Shown: positions 26,062 to 37,277, counted from the stretch's first letter. The stretch: 64,000 bases of DNA from Desulfobacterales bacterium (GCA_046484745.1 JAWOIJ010000068.1:68076-132075), one strand, 5' to 3'. Made by a program: numbers and translations. Notes: a model not told the origin generated them from the sequence alone.

Positions 26062-28527
26062 CTAGATCTTTTTGTTATAAAGGCGCAAACTGTTGCTTAC
26101 GACGGAAATGCTGCTGCCGGCCATCGCAAGCGCGGCAAGAATCGGATGCAGCTGCCTCAAGAAGACAGGAACAATCTCAAACGGCGCCAGTACTCCGGCA
26201 GCCACCGGAATAAGGATAAGGTTATAAAAAAACGCGAAAAAAAGGTTCTGCTTCACGGTGCGCATGGTTTCCCTGCTGATCCGGATTGCAGTGGATATGC
26301 CGGTCAGGCTTCCGCCCGAAAGAATCACTCCGGCAGTCTCAATTGCCACATCGGTTCCGGTTCCGATCGCGAAACCGACATCTGCCTGCGCAAGTGCGGG
26401 GGCATCATTGATGCCATCCCCGACCATTCCGACCTGTTGACCCGTGCCCTGAAGTTCCCTGATCTTGACTGATTTTTCTTCCGGGCGCACTTCCGCAAAG
26501 ATTTCATCGATATCCACTTCAGAAGCGATGGTCTGGGCGGTTCTTACATTGTCTCCCGTCAGCATGAAAACGCCAAGCTTCAACTCATGAAGCTGCTGGA
26601 TTGCGCGTTTTGAATCAGGCTTAAGAAGGTCGGAAACGGCAATCAGGCCGCATATCGCATTTTCCCGCATCACAACCATTACGGTCCTGCCTTCTGCCTG
26701 AAGCTCCCCGATCTGCGATGACGGAAACCCTGCGATACCTTTTTCGGCATTATCCGCATCAATATCCTCGCCCGAAAACCATTTCGGTTTCCCGACCCGA
26801 ATCCATTCACCATCAATCCGCGCCTCCACACCGAAACCGCTTACAGCTTTAAAATCTTCCGGTTCGGAAAGATCGATATTTCTTTGAACCGCTTCCCTGA
26901 CTACCGCCTTTCCAACAGGATGCTCCGATCCTTTTTCAACAGACGCCGCAATCCTGAGAAGATGCGTATCGGTTTCACAAGCCGTTTTAAACGGATATAT
27001 GCCTGAAACAGAAGGTTTCCCCATGGTGATGGTTCCGGTCTTGTCCAGGACAATCGTGTTGAGTCTTGTCGCTTTTTCAAGCGCCTCGCTGTTCTTGAAC
27101 AGAATCCCTTTTTCCGCGCCCTTGCCGGTTCCGGCCATGATCGCCGTCGGTGTGGCAAGCCCTAAAGCACAGGGGCAGGCAATAAGGAGAACCGCCACCA
27201 GCCGTATCATCGCCGGAACAAACTCGCCTGCAAGGCTCCACCATAAAACAAAGGTTATGACTGCGATGCCGATAACGGCGGGGACAAAAACGGCAGCGAC
27301 ACGATCCGCCATTTCCTGAACCGGAGCCTTGCTTCCCTGTGCCTCCTGCACCAGCCGTATAATCTGAGCCAGGGCGGTTTCTTTTCCTACCCGGGTGGCC
27401 CGAAACTTGAGCCTCCCTTCACCATTGACGGTTCCGCCGACTACCGGATCATTCACCGTCTTATCCACCGGCAGAGGCTCTCCGGTCAGCATCGATTCAT
27501 CCACCGAGGACGAACCCGCCAACACCGCACCGTCCACGGGAATCTTCTCGCCCGGACGGACGACAACCGTATCCCCGACCTTGACAATGGTCAGCGGAAC
27601 CTCTTTTTCCACACCATCTTCGATGATCGTGGCAAATCTGGGACGGAGGCCGATCAATTTCCGGATTGCGCCCCCTGTTTTTCCCTTGGTGCGGGATTCC
27701 AGCATTTTGCCCAGTTTGATCAAGGTAATGATAACGGCTGATGTCTCAAAGTAAACATGGCCGTCCAGCATGGGAAGGACAAGAATGGCAACCGAATAGA
27801 AGTAAGCGACCGACGACCCCATCGCAACAAGGAGATCCATATTGGCACTTCCATTTTTAAGACTTTTTATGCCGCCGGTATAATAATCCCATCCGGTATA
27901 AAACTGAACCGGTGTCGCCAGCGCGCAAAAAACCCAGTTCACAACCGGTGAATGACTCCAGGCTCCGATCAAACCAAAGTCACGCCCCATGCTCAACAGA
28001 AAAAGAGGCAGTGAAAAGAGCAACCCGACGGCAAACTTACGGGTCTGTTCTTTTATCTCTCTATCCCGTGCGGCTTGTTCAACATCTTCTTCTGCCGGAT
28101 CATCCGAAAGAATGGTTCCATATCCGGCATTTTTTATGGCTTCCGCAATATCATCCAGGCTCGAAAGTCCTGGAACAAACTCCACCGTCAGCCGCTCAGT
28201 CGCAAAATTAACAGATGCTTCAAGAACCCCCGGAACTTTTTTATTGACCGCTCTTTCGATGTTTGCCGCACAGTTGGCGCAGGTCATCCCGGTTACCGGA
28301 AATTCCTTTTTGATCCTTGGGACATGGTACCCGGCGCCTTCAATCTTTCCGACAATCTCTTTGATTTGAACCTGTTTCGGAAAAAATTCGATTACCGCAT
28401 GTTCTGCGGCGAAATTAACGGTTACCCGTTGAATCCCATCCAGCTTTTTGACATTTCTTTCAACCGAAAGCGCGCAATTGGCACAGGTCATCCCGGTGAT
28501 CGGCAATGTAATCGTATGGTGTGTCAT
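26062..28527 (-). CDS. copA: copper-translocating P1B-type ATPase
   Basis: Two N-terminal HMA domains (GMTCANC twice), [15 protein letters not shown] and GDGINDAP. Confidence 0.92.
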   Translation of the reverse strand: MTHHTITLPITGMTCANCALSVERNVKKLDGIQRVTVNFAAEHAVIEFFPKQVQIKEIVGKIEGAGYHVPRIKKEFPVTGMTCANCAANIERAVNKKVPGVLEASVNFATERLTVEFVPGLSSLDDIAEAIKNAGYGTILSDDPAEEDVEQAARDREIKEQTRKFAVGLLFSLPLFLLSMGRDFGLIGAWSHSPVVNWVFCALATPVQFYTGWDYYTGGIKSLKNGSANMDLLVAMGSSVAYFYSVAILVLPMLDGHVYFETSAVIITLIKLGKMLESRTKGKTGGAIRKLIGLRPRFATIIEDGVEKEVPLTIVKVGDTVVVRPGEKIPVDGAVLAGSSSVDESMLTGEPLPVDKTVNDPVVGGTVNGEGRLKFRATRVGKETALAQIIRLVQEAQGSKAPVQEMADRVAAVFVPAVIGIAVITFVLWWSLAGEFVPAMIRLVAVLLIACPCALGLATPTAIMAGTGKGAEKGILFKNSEALEKATRLNTIVLDKTGTITMGKPSVSGIYPFKTACETDTHLLRIAASVEKGSEHPVGKAVVREAVQRNIDLSEPEDFKAVSGFGVEARIDGEWIRVGKPKWFSGEDIDADNAEKGIAGFPSSQIGELQAEGRTVMVVMRENAICGLIAVSDLLKPDSKRAIQQLHELKLGVFMLTGDNVRTAQTIASEVDIDEIFAEVRPEEKSVKIRELQGTGQQVGMVGDGINDAPALAQADVGFAIGTGTDVAIETAGVILSGGSLTGISTAIRISRETMRTVKQNLFFAFFYNLILIPVAAGVLAPFEIVPVFLRQLHPILAALAMAGSSISVVSNSLRLYNKKI

Positions 28528-28667
28528 AATACGTCCATTTATTTTGCATCGGTTGCGGGAAGACGAAAAATCCGGTCACGCCAACAGGTGATGAACACTT
28601 TGATACAACCCGCAGTAAGGTTGTTGAGTCCTTGGAAGGGATTTTGAAACCGCAGGAAAAAACAGCA

Positions 28668-28874
28668 TCACTGTTCCGCAGGATAGTTAATCTCCTTCAG
28701 TAAATCCTTGATCGTCTCCAGAGTGGCCGGGGATTCCCATTCAACCTCAATGCTTCTGTTTTCCGGACTGCCCTCAACAGCCTTCACACCTTCAAGTTCC
28801 CGCAATTCATTTTTAATGGTCATGACGCAATGACCGCATGTGATATTCGGGATTGAAAAACGCTGTTTTTCCAT
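28668..28874 (-). CDS. copZ: copper chaperone CopZ-like HMA protein
   Basis: 68 aa with the ITCGHCV metal-binding motif. Confidence 0.8.
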   Translation of the reverse strand: MEKQRFSIPNITCGHCVMTIKNELRELEGVKAVEGSPENRSIEVEWESPATLETIKDLLKEINYPAEQ

Positions 28875-28914
28875 GAGTCACACCTCCACGAAAAACTATT
28901 AAACCCAAAATCGA

Positions 28915-29517
28915 TCAGCCTGCCCGACCGTCATCGCAGACACCATCCTCATTTCCGGCTCTGGAATGCTCGGCTGTGGAGGAGGTTGTACAGACATCCT
29001 TTTTTAACTTCACATCACCCCTTAAAACATCGAGCACCGATTCATAGTCCGGCTCATTTTTCAACTCCGATACCAGTTTTGAAAAAATTACTTTCCCCTT
29101 TTCATCCAGCACAACAACCGCCCGTGCCAGAAGACCTGCCAGAGGTCCCTCCACCATCCGAACACCGTAATTGTTTCCAAACTCGCGGTTCCGCAGCTCC
29201 GAAACCAGGACCACATCTTTCAGCCCTTCTGCTTCGCAAAAACGGGAATGCGCAAAGGGTAAATCAAGAGAAACGCACAGTACCACCGCATTGGGGAATT
29301 TACTGATCTCCGCGTTAAACCTGCTGACAGATGCCGAACATACCGATGTATCCACGCTGGGAAAAATATTCAGCACCACTTTTTTTCCGACAACATCCTT
29401 TAAGGAAATGTCGGTCAAATCCGTTTTTGTCAACAGAAAATCAGGAGCTTTCGATCCGACTTTCGGCAACTCACCGATCGTATGTACCGCTTCACCGCCA
29501 ACTGTTATTCTTGCCAT
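28915..29517 (-). CDS. tpx: thiol peroxidase Tpx with about 34-aa Cys-containing C-terminal extension
   Basis: APDFLLTKTDL...NIFPSVDTSVCSAS has the peroxidatic Cys context, and HSRFCEAEG has the resolving Cys. The extra tail is KKDVCTTSSTAEHSRAGNEDGVCDDGRAG. Confidence 0.85.
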   Translation of the reverse strand: MARITVGGEAVHTIGELPKVGSKAPDFLLTKTDLTDISLKDVVGKKVVLNIFPSVDTSVCSASVSRFNAEISKFPNAVVLCVSLDLPFAHSRFCEAEGLKDVVLVSELRNREFGNNYGVRMVEGPLAGLLARAVVVLDEKGKVIFSKLVSELKNEPDYESVLDVLRGDVKLKKDVCTTSSTAEHSRAGNEDGVCDDGRAG

Positions 29518-29629
29518 CTTCTTCTCCTTCTCAAACCTGTTTCCATTTCGATCGATTCAATATTGTTATAATGAATTCAATCACGTTCATACCAGAATTA
29601 AGGGATATCCTGCTCCGTAAAATATTCAA

Positions 29630-30484
29630 TCACAAGGATGAAAGCACTTCCTGAAGCTTTCCAGGATCATATTTTCGATTAACAAGGGGGCCGTCTTTCA
29701 GCATGCCGATTCTTTCCGTAAAGGAGGGGGCTTCCTTCCGGTATATGATTCCGGTCGGTATCCTATCCCCCCACTGGAAAGACAGGCTTATGGCTTTTTG
29801 AAGATCATCCGGCATGTAGTCTTCTTCCTGCAAATCATAGACCCGCTTTTTATACCACGCAAATGTGTTAATTTGATTAAATGAAACACAGGGCTGCAGA
29901 ATATCAATCAAAGCAAGCCCGTTAAACTTCATTCCCGCCTGTATCAATCTGCTGAGCTGCGCTTCGTTTCCGGGAAAGCCCCGTGCCACGAATCCGGCTC
30001 CCAGTGATAGTGCGACTGCCAGAGGATTAAAGGACTCCATTACAACACCGTGTGGCTGAACTCTTGTCACCATTCCCATGTCCGACGTCGGCGATGCCTG
30101 TCCCTTGGTAAGGCCGTAAACCTTGTTGTTGTGAACCAGAAGCGTCAGATCCACGTTCCGCCGGATCGCGTTCATAAAATGATTGCCGCCTTCTCCATAG
30201 CAGTCGCCATCACCCGAATTCACGACAATATTCAAATCATGGTTTGCCATCTTGGCGCCTGTAGCCAGGGGTAAGGCCCGGCCGTGAAGAGCATGAAACA
30301 GGTTACACTTTAAAAAATGAGGTGTTTTGGCAGCCTGTCCGATTCCGGAAACGATAAGGAGCTTTTCCGGTGGAATATCGAGATTTACAAAGGCATCCTT
30401 CATGGATGCGAGAATACCAAAATTCCCGCACCCCGGGCACCATTTGTTTTCATAGTCGCACTCATAGTTTTCTACGGTTACCAT
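29630..30484 (-). CDS. korB: 2-oxoacid:ferredoxin oxidoreductase beta subunit (TPP-binding)
   Basis: WCPGCGNFGIL and GDGDCYGEGGNH are TPP-binding and cluster motifs of KorB/PorB-type subunits. Confidence 0.85.
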   Translation of the reverse strand: MVTVENYECDYENKWCPGCGNFGILASMKDAFVNLDIPPEKLLIVSGIGQAAKTPHFLKCNLFHALHGRALPLATGAKMANHDLNIVVNSGDGDCYGEGGNHFMNAIRRNVDLTLLVHNNKVYGLTKGQASPTSDMGMVTRVQPHGVVMESFNPLAVALSLGAGFVARGFPGNEAQLSRLIQAGMKFNGLALIDILQPCVSFNQINTFAWYKKRVYDLQEEDYMPDDLQKAISLSFQWGDRIPTGIIYRKEAPSFTERIGMLKDGPLVNRKYDPGKLQEVLSSL

Positions 30485-30510
30485 GATGTCACTCCCTATG
30501 GTTCAATTTT

Positions 30511-32208
30511 TTAATTCAAATGCCCTTTGACCCCTCTGACAATTTCATCCGGGAAAAACGGACGTCCGTCATATTTCAAAACCGAACCTTCGCTGACAAG
30601 CCCGGTTTGCTCTCGAATCAGTCTGCCGAGCTGGCCGGTGGAATTCTGCTCGACAACAAAAAAGGTTTTACAGGAGGAAAGCGCCTGCTGAACCAGATCC
30701 GACCGGAAAGGCCAGATGTCCGCTATATGAACACACCCCGCGCTGATTCCATCGGCCCTCAGCAGATCCACGCTCTCCCTTATGGGCCCCTTGCTGGAAC
30801 CCCAGCCTACAAGAAGCATTTCGCTTTCACCATGAACGGTTTCAGGCGGCCGCATCTCCTCCAGCATCGCCGGAATCTTGGCGTTTCTTTTGTTCACCAT
30901 ATTCACGCGATCTGTGATGGCTTCACTGATATGGCCGTCCTCGCTGTGTTCATTGCCGGATACCAGCACAAGCGCTTTTCCGCTGCATGGCAATGCACGG
31001 GGGGAAATTCCGCTCGAAGTCTTGGCATACCTTCGGTATTCGGAAGGTGAACCGATCTGATCGTCCTGGACCACGTAGCGCTCAATTTCACTGGGAGCGG
31101 AAAGCGGGCGTTCGACGATATAGAGAGAATCATTTAAGGTTTGATCGGTAAGGACAATGGCCGGAACCTGGTACTTATCCGCCAGATGAAAGGCTCTTGC
31201 CGTCATCTCAAATGCTTCCTCCGGCGTTCCCGGAGCAAAAACAAATCGCGGAAACTCATCCTGAGAGGCATGGATCACAAACAGGAGATCCCCCTGCGCG
31301 GTACGGGTTGGAAGACCGGTCGCAGGCCCGGGCCTCTGGGCGTTTACAATGACAATCGGGATTTCGGTAATTCCCGCAAGGCCAAGGCCCTCGGTCATGA
31401 GACAAAAACCGCCTCCGGATGTTGAAGTCATGGCGCGCACTCCGGCAAAAGAAGCACCGATCACCATGTTGACTGCAGCGATTTCATCTTCAGCCTGCTC
31501 CACAAAAAGCGGAAAATTATCCGACAAGGATACAAGGTGGGTCATAATGCCTGTTGCCGGTGACATGGGATAAAAAGCGGCTACCCGGCAATCACCTGCC
31601 AGAGCTCCCAGGGCAATCGCTTTCGAGCCATCCAGTACCGAACCCTTTGGATCGCCGAGCTTCCAGGTAAACGACCAGGGGAACTCCGCATCCTTGACAA
31701 AATCGTATCCGAGTTTCGCGGCGGAGAGGTTCATCTCCAGCACATCATCGTTTTTACTTTCGAAACGATCTTTCAGAATGGACTCAAACAGCTCAAAAGG
31801 CGCGCCCAGAAGTCCCAGACATGCCCCCGCGGCAACTGTATTCGCGGTAATCTTCTTTCCGGCCTTGACAGCAAGATCGTCCATGGGAACGGACAGCAGA
31901 TTTTCTTTCGATTCTCCCTTGGCATCCATCATGGATATCCCGCCCGGCACAAGCTCATCTTTGTACGAATCATATATTGTCTGATTCAACGCGACGAGCA
32001 GATTCACCCCGTGATGGGGTGCATGTACTGGCGTATCGCTGATACGAATCTGGAAAAAACTTTTTCCTCCCCGGATCCGCGATTCAAAATCGTTTATGGC
32101 CATAACATAAAGCCCGGCTTTATGACACACGAGGGTAAGGAGATCTCCAACGGTCTGAATCCCCTGGCCCGCTTCGCCTCCTATCTTTACCGTAATATCT
32201 ACCGCCAT
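30511..32208 (-). CDS. korA: 2-oxoacid:ferredoxin oxidoreductase alpha subunit (gamma-alpha fused)
   Basis: 565 aa. The N-terminal gamma-like domain (GGEAGQGIQTVG) is followed by the alpha domain (FYPMSPATG). Confidence 0.85.
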   Translation of the reverse strand: MAVDITVKIGGEAGQGIQTVGDLLTLVCHKAGLYVMAINDFESRIRGGKSFFQIRISDTPVHAPHHGVNLLVALNQTIYDSYKDELVPGGISMMDAKGESKENLLSVPMDDLAVKAGKKITANTVAAGACLGLLGAPFELFESILKDRFESKNDDVLEMNLSAAKLGYDFVKDAEFPWSFTWKLGDPKGSVLDGSKAIALGALAGDCRVAAFYPMSPATGIMTHLVSLSDNFPLFVEQAEDEIAAVNMVIGASFAGVRAMTSTSGGGFCLMTEGLGLAGITEIPIVIVNAQRPGPATGLPTRTAQGDLLFVIHASQDEFPRFVFAPGTPEEAFEMTARAFHLADKYQVPAIVLTDQTLNDSLYIVERPLSAPSEIERYVVQDDQIGSPSEYRRYAKTSSGISPRALPCSGKALVLVSGNEHSEDGHISEAITDRVNMVNKRNAKIPAMLEEMRPPETVHGESEMLLVGWGSSKGPIRESVDLLRADGISAGCVHIADIWPFRSDLVQQALSSCKTFFVVEQNSTGQLGRLIREQTGLVSEGSVLKYDGRPFFPDEIVRGVKGHLN

Positions 32209-32244
32209 AAAATCTCTCCTTGCATTATGATATTTTGTCTGGAC

Positions 32245-33426
32245 TCATAGGATCGCTTTTCCAATCTTTCTTCCAAACTCGATACAGGCATCAATCCCTT
32301 CCGGATCGGGCACATACTGAATTTTGATACCCGGATCAACGATTTCAAATTTCATCTTCTCCAGTTCGTCTCGAATAAGACCTACGGATTCACCGCTCCA
32401 CCCGTAAGATCCGAATGCCGCAGCGATTTTATTTTTCGGTTTCAGGCCTTTCATATATGTCAAAAAATCGCTGACTGTCGGGTACAGGTTGTTGTTCAGG
32501 GTCGGTGATCCGACAATAACCGCCTTTGAATCCATGACCTCCGTCATCACATCGCTTCGATGACACGTGCGAAGGTTCATTGGGCGGGCATCAACCCCTT
32601 CATCCGCGATTCCCTGTACAATTTTATCAGCCATGATCTCCGTGCTGTGCCACATGGTATCGTAGATGACAACGGCTTTTCTTTTCGGCTCCTGCCTGCT
32701 CCACCGGGAATACGCCTCTATAATCTTTCCGGGATCCTTTCGCCAGATGATGCCGTGATCCGGACAGATCATGCTGATTTCCAGGCCCAGTTTCTGAACC
32801 GTTTCGATCAGCTTCAGCACTTTGGCTGAATACAGCAGGAGAATATTGGCAAAATATTTTTTTGCGTGGGGCATGATGGCGTCGCCGATCTGATCATCGA
32901 ACTTTTCAGGCCCGGCATAGTGCTGTCCAAAACCATCCGATGAAAACAAAATTTTGTCTTCCGGAAGATAGGTAAACATGCTGTCCGGCCAGTGGAGCAT
33001 TCGGGTTTCCAGAAACTTCAATGTTCTTTTCCCGAGACTCAATTCCCCTCCGTTTTCCACAGCGCGGTAGTCCCATTTCTGAGCAAAATGCTGAGCAAGA
33101 TTTTTCTGCCCCATCTGCGAGCAGTATATGGGTTTGTCTTCTCCGATTCTATGCATAACCCGTGGAAGCCCTCCGGAGTGATCCATTTCCGTATGGTTGC
33201 TGATAACAACGTCGATCTTTCCGGGGTCAACGATTTCAGAAATGTTATCCAGCAGTTGTTCGGAGAACTCTTTTTTTACGGTATCGATCAGGGCGATCTT
33301 TTCATCGACGATCAAATACGCATTGTATGTCGAGCCGTTGTAGGTTGAATATCCGTGAAAATCACGAATATTCCAGTCTACAGCGCCGACATTGTAAATC
33401 CCTTCCGCTATTTTAAGTCGTTTCAT
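32245..33426 (-). CDS. flavodiiron protein (FprA / rubredoxin:oxygen oxidoreductase type)
   Basis: Trimmed to the ATG at 33426. It has the metallo-beta-lactamase-like diiron motif SNHTEMDHSGG and a C-terminal flavodoxin domain (VIVGSPTLNN). Confidence 0.85.
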   Translation of the reverse strand: MKRLKIAEGIYNVGAVDWNIRDFHGYSTYNGSTYNAYLIVDEKIALIDTVKKEFSEQLLDNISEIVDPGKIDVVISNHTEMDHSGGLPRVMHRIGEDKPIYCSQMGQKNLAQHFAQKWDYRAVENGGELSLGKRTLKFLETRMLHWPDSMFTYLPEDKILFSSDGFGQHYAGPEKFDDQIGDAIMPHAKKYFANILLLYSAKVLKLIETVQKLGLEISMICPDHGIIWRKDPGKIIEAYSRWSRQEPKRKAVVIYDTMWHSTEIMADKIVQGIADEGVDARPMNLRTCHRSDVMTEVMDSKAVIVGSPTLNNNLYPTVSDFLTYMKGLKPKNKIAAAFGSYGWSGESVGLIRDELEKMKFEIVDPGIKIQYVPDPEGIDACIEFGRKIGKAIL

Positions 33427-33513
33427 TTTAAATCCTTTTACAGAAAATTCAGGACACAGACCGATCCTTGGGATGATTTCAAGGATCAATCTGTGCCCTA
33501 TAGGGATAACCTG

Positions 33514-33675
33514 TTATTCTTCTTTTGAAAAATCATCCTTTGAAGCGCCGCATATCGGGCACTCCCAATCATCGGGCAGGTCTTCAAACGACGTCCCCGG
33601 AGCAACCCCATTATCCGGATCCCCTGCGGCAGGGTCGTAAACATATCCGCAAACATCACATACATACTTGTCCAT
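33514..33675 (-). CDS. rubredoxin (53 aa; missing from the ORF track because it is under 60 aa)
   Basis: Own translation: [53 protein letters not shown], with AGGAGG 6 nt upstream. The CxxCG...CPxCG signature is classic rubredoxin. Confidence 0.9.
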   Translation of the reverse strand: MDKYVCDVCGYVYDPAAGDPDNGVAPGTSFEDLPDDWECPICGASKDDFSKEE

Positions 33676-33756
33676 TCGTTACCTCCTTTTGGGTTGGGAT
33701 TGTTAACTGCTACCATACCATCAATTGTCTGAACCTTTCTGCCGTATCGAGAGTAT

Positions 33757-33772
33757 ATCAAAAGGCATGCCA
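33757..33772 (-). promoter_or_regulatory. sigma54-like element with variant -12 (TGGCATGCCTTTTGAT), or an extended -10 sigma70 promoter (TGaTATACT)
   Basis: The minus strand reads CTGGCAT-GCCTT-TTGAT-ATACT, about 85 nt upstream of the rubredoxin ATG. Both readings are possible. Confidence 0.3.
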
Positions 33773-33969
33773 GAATTGGTTCAAAAATTGTGAATTCAGG
33801 ATTTCCGGAGATAAATGGCTTCTATCCTGCTGAAAATGAAGAAGTCCTTTAATCCATCGATCCCTGAATTCTTGAATTTCGCGCTTCCTCGATCTTCTGT
33901 TTGTGATACAAGGCTGTCTCAAAAGAGATCTTTTGATTCTTTCATCATCGGTTTAATCCACGGTGCGAT

Positions 33970-35190
33970 TTAACCAAAATCATCAAAAGCGATTGCTTCC
34001 GGATCAACCCCCAGGCTGTCCAGCATTTTCATAATTGCTTTGAGCATCATGGGCGGTCCGCAAAGATAGTACTCGACTTCCGATGGGTCCGGGTGAGTAT
34101 TCAGGTATTCGTCATGAAGGCACTGATGAATAAAACCGGTCAGTCCTTCCCAGTTATCCTCGGGCTGAGGATCGGACAGGGCAACATGGTATGAAAAATT
34201 TTCAAACTTCTCCTCCAGCGATCGAAAGTTTTCGTCATAAAACATTTCCTGTTTTGATCTGGCGCCATACCAGAAAGTCATCTTCCGTTTTGTTCCCACC
34301 GCGTTCAACTGGTTGAAAATATGAGACCGCATGGGTGCCATGCCGGCGCCGCCACCGACAAAACACATCTCCTTTTCCGTATCTTTTACAAAAAACTCAC
34401 CGTACGGACCACTTAACGTCACCCTGTCACCTGATTGCAGACTGAACACATAGGACGATCCGACTCCGGGTGGGGCTTCCGGAGCATCAGGCGGCGGTGT
34501 CGCAAGTCTGACGGTAAACCGGAGAAATTCTGTTTCATAAGGAGCGCTGGCAAGGGAATAGGCCCGGTAAACCGGTTCTTCGGACTGTGCTTTCAGCTTT
34601 CGAAGGTCAAACTTTTCCCAGGCAGCGTTAAAGCGTTCCGCCACATCAAACTCCTTAAACGTGACTTCATATTCAGGGATATCAATCTGCATATATGCAC
34701 CGGCCTGGTAAGTTAATTCTTCCCCCGGATCAAGCTTCAAAACAAGATCTTTAATAAAGGTTGCCACATTCTGATTAGAGACGACGGTTGCATGGTATTT
34801 TTTGATGCTGAAAATTTCATCCGGAATCCGGATCTGCATTTCTTCTCTGATCTTGACCTGGCAGGCCAGACGAATATTCTCCTTTATTTCCCTTCGTGAA
34901 AGATGCGGCAGTTCGGTGGGAAGCAGATCTCCTCCCCCTTTCTCCACCCTGCACCGGCACTCGCCGCATGATCCGCTTCCTCCGCAGGCGGAAGGAAGGA
35001 AAATATCGTTGCTCACCATGGCTGCCAGAAGGGTTGATCCGAGTGCGACCGTAATACTTTTATCCCGGTCATCGTTTATGGTAACCAGGATATCGCCTTT
35101 TTTTACAATTCTGGCTTCAACAAAAAAAAGTATGCCTAAAAGAGAAAAAACAACCATTGAAAAAACAGCGATACCGATCAGATATGTCAA
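33970..35190 (-). CDS. nqrF: Na+-translocating NADH:quinone oxidoreductase subunit F
   Basis: An N-terminal transmembrane helix, the 2Fe-2S ferredoxin motif CGGSGSCGECRC, and FAD/NADH-binding blocks (RAYSLAS, GGGAGMAP). Confidence 0.9.
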   Translation of the reverse strand: MTYLIGIAVFSMVVFSLLGILFFVEARIVKKGDILVTINDDRDKSITVALGSTLLAAMVSNDIFLPSACGGSGSCGECRCRVEKGGGDLLPTELPHLSRREIKENIRLACQVKIREEMQIRIPDEIFSIKKYHATVVSNQNVATFIKDLVLKLDPGEELTYQAGAYMQIDIPEYEVTFKEFDVAERFNAAWEKFDLRKLKAQSEEPVYRAYSLASAPYETEFLRFTVRLATPPPDAPEAPPGVGSSYVFSLQSGDRVTLSGPYGEFFVKDTEKEMCFVGGGAGMAPMRSHIFNQLNAVGTKRKMTFWYGARSKQEMFYDENFRSLEEKFENFSYHVALSDPQPEDNWEGLTGFIHQCLHDEYLNTHPDPSEVEYYLCGPPMMLKAIMKMLDSLGVDPEAIAFDDFG

Positions 35191-35247
35191 TTATGCCTCC
35201 AGAAGCCTGTTTTTTTCTTTACTACCTGACCCATCAAACCTCCGCTG

Positions 35248-35856
35248 TCACAGTGTAATCCCTGAAAACAACATAAACGCCATGGCCATCAGCCCGGTAA
35301 CAATCATGGTAATACCGTAGCCTTCGAGCCCTTTGGGAACATTCGCATACCGGAGTTTCATCCGTATCGCCGCCATGGCCACGATGGCAAGCATCCAACC
35401 CACTCCTGATCCGAATCCAAAAACCGTCGACTCCCAGAAGGTATGATTTCGTTCAACCATAAATAGAGAAGTCCCAAGAATCGCACAGTTTACGGCGATA
35501 AGCGGCAGGAACACCCCCAGCGCCGTATAGAGAGCCGCGGAAAACCGGTCGATCATCATCTCAATTGCCTGAACCATGGTCGCGATGACAACGATAAACA
35601 TCACCAGCTTCAGATAACTCAGATCGATGTCCGGAAAACCGGCCCACGAAAGTGCTCCCGGTGCCAGCAAGAAATGATAGATCATCCAGTTTACGGGCGT
35701 TGTTATGGTAAGCACAAAAACAACCGCGAATCCGAGACCGATCGCTGTATCAATATTTTTTGAAACGGCGACAAAAGAGCACATGCCCAGAAAATAGGCC
35801 AGCAGAATATTGCCCACAAAAACCGAATTTAAAAAAATATTGACCAGGTCACTCAT
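35248..35856 (-). CDS. nqrE: NQR subunit E
   Basis: A 202-aa polytopic membrane protein of the NqrE/RnfA family, in nqr gene order. Confidence 0.85.
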   Translation of the reverse strand: MSDLVNIFLNSVFVGNILLAYFLGMCSFVAVSKNIDTAIGLGFAVVFVLTITTPVNWMIYHFLLAPGALSWAGFPDIDLSYLKLVMFIVVIATMVQAIEMMIDRFSAALYTALGVFLPLIAVNCAILGTSLFMVERNHTFWESTVFGFGSGVGWMLAIVAMAAIRMKLRYANVPKGLEGYGITMIVTGLMAMAFMLFSGITL

Positions 35857-35907
35857 CCTTGTCTCCCTGAAAAACCAACCGGCAGTTCCTCAACTGCATC
35901 GAACCAA

Positions 35908-36537
35908 TCAATCTCCGGCCAGATAGCGCTGAAGCCAGACCAGAAGGCCGATAATGATAAACGCCGCAGGCGCCAGGAGCATAAAGCCCATATCCTCATA
36001 CCCGGAAGCGTAAAAGGATTCCGGTATAATCTTGACACCAAAAAAATTCCCGGAACCAAAAAGTTCACGAATAAAGGCAACCGTAACCAGAACGGCGCCG
36101 TAGCCGGCCCCGTTGCCGATTCCATCGATGAATGCCAGATGCGGCGGATTGGAAAGGGCGAAAGACTCGGCTCTTCCCATGATAATACAATTTGTTATGA
36201 TCAGGCCTACAAACACGGAAAGCTGCTTGCTGATCTCGTAGTAATAGGCGCGCAAAAACTCATCCGCCAGAATAACTAGGGTTGCGATAACGGAGAGTTC
36301 GATCAGGATACGAATGTTCCGGGGCACATAATTCCGCATCATGGAAATGATCAGACTGGAAAACGCAACGACGAAAGTCATGGCCAGGCTCATCACGACG
36401 GCGGTTTTAAGCTGTACCGTAACCGCAAGGGCGGAACATATACCCAGCATCTGAATGGAAATGGGATTCGCGCCCCAAATGGGTTCGATCAGTGTTCTAT
36501 AGCTTTTTCGTTTTGTTATCTTCATCTCTGGCACCAC
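35908..36537 (-). CDS. nqrD: NQR subunit D
   Basis: 209 aa of the NqrD/RnfE family (NPISIQMLGICSALAVT), in nqr gene order. Confidence 0.85.
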   Translation of the reverse strand: MVPEMKITKRKSYRTLIEPIWGANPISIQMLGICSALAVTVQLKTAVVMSLAMTFVVAFSSLIISMMRNYVPRNIRILIELSVIATLVILADEFLRAYYYEISKQLSVFVGLIITNCIIMGRAESFALSNPPHLAFIDGIGNGAGYGAVLVTVAFIRELFGSGNFFGVKIIPESFYASGYEDMGFMLLAPAAFIIIGLLVWLQRYLAGD

Positions 36538-37277
36538 GGAGTGTTTTGATTTGTCTTGCAGTAGCTGCGTATATTCCTGAATTTCACCGATACCGCCTCA
36601 TAGTTCAGGAGAATATCCTTCAACCCTGTTGTTAAAAATTGTCCGGTCAGCGTTGCACCGCTGATACCATCCACATAATTGCTGCTTCGCTCCTCCGGAA
36701 CGTTGTCCTCTGCTTTTCCTTTTGCGATTGAAATGGACGCGAAGTCTCCGGAAGGCCCAATGATTTTCTTGCCCACAAAATTATTCTGAAACCAGCCCTG
36801 TTCGATCTCCCCCCCCAGTCCGGGGGTTTCGGAATGCTTATAGACCGTAAATCCGGTAATGGTTACGCCATCATTCTTGATCGCGATATAGCCTAAAATT
36901 TTTCCCCACAGACCCCGGGTATCAACCGGAATGATATAAGCCTCTATTAAACCTTTCGGGTTGATGTAAAGATAGACCGGCAGTCCCTGCTTTTTCTGCG
37001 GGGTACCCTCACGGTTTTCTCCCAGCAGATCCCCCTTTTCATCGACCAGCAGCCGGGAAATATTTTTCTCATAGATGCGATCGATCTGAGCGGCAGAGTA
37101 CTGCTCCTGCTTTTTTATCAGTCCCACTGATTTCAGGATATTCTTCCTTCGATCACTCATGATATTTTGCTGCTGAATTTTCTTCAGACCATTCGATGCG
37201 GCGGTAAGCAGCGTGCCGCACACCAGACATAAAACCGTGGCAAATATTATGGATCGAGACCTGTCAGACATTTGCAA
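36522..37277 (-). CDS. nqrC: NQR subunit C (FMN-binding)
   Basis: 251 aa. An N-terminal anchor is followed by the FMN attachment context DGISGATLTG. Confidence 0.85.
   Translation of the reverse strand: MQMSDRSRSIIFATVLCLVCGTLLTAASNGLKKIQQQNIMSDRRKNILKSVGLIKKQEQYSAAQIDRIYEKNISRLLVDEKGDLLGENREGTPQKKQGLPVYLYINPKGLIEAYIIPVDTRGLWGKILGYIAIKNDGVTITGFTVYKHSETPGLGGEIEQGWFQNNFVGKKIIGPSGDFASISIAKGKAEDNVPEERSSNYVDGISGATLTGQFLTTGLKDILLNYEAVSVKFRNIRSYCKTNQNTPWCQR

Noticed and set aside
29545-29580. An AT-rich region with a direct ATTCAAT repeat upstream of tpx as a PerR/Fur-type box.
   Set aside because: It is only a loose resemblance to known boxes, and the dyad symmetry is poor. I could not support a call.
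33498-33761. An 87-aa track ORF in the rubredoxin region.
   Set aside because: It is in a different frame from a textbook rubredoxin that has an AGGAGG RBS, and its own sequence has no features.
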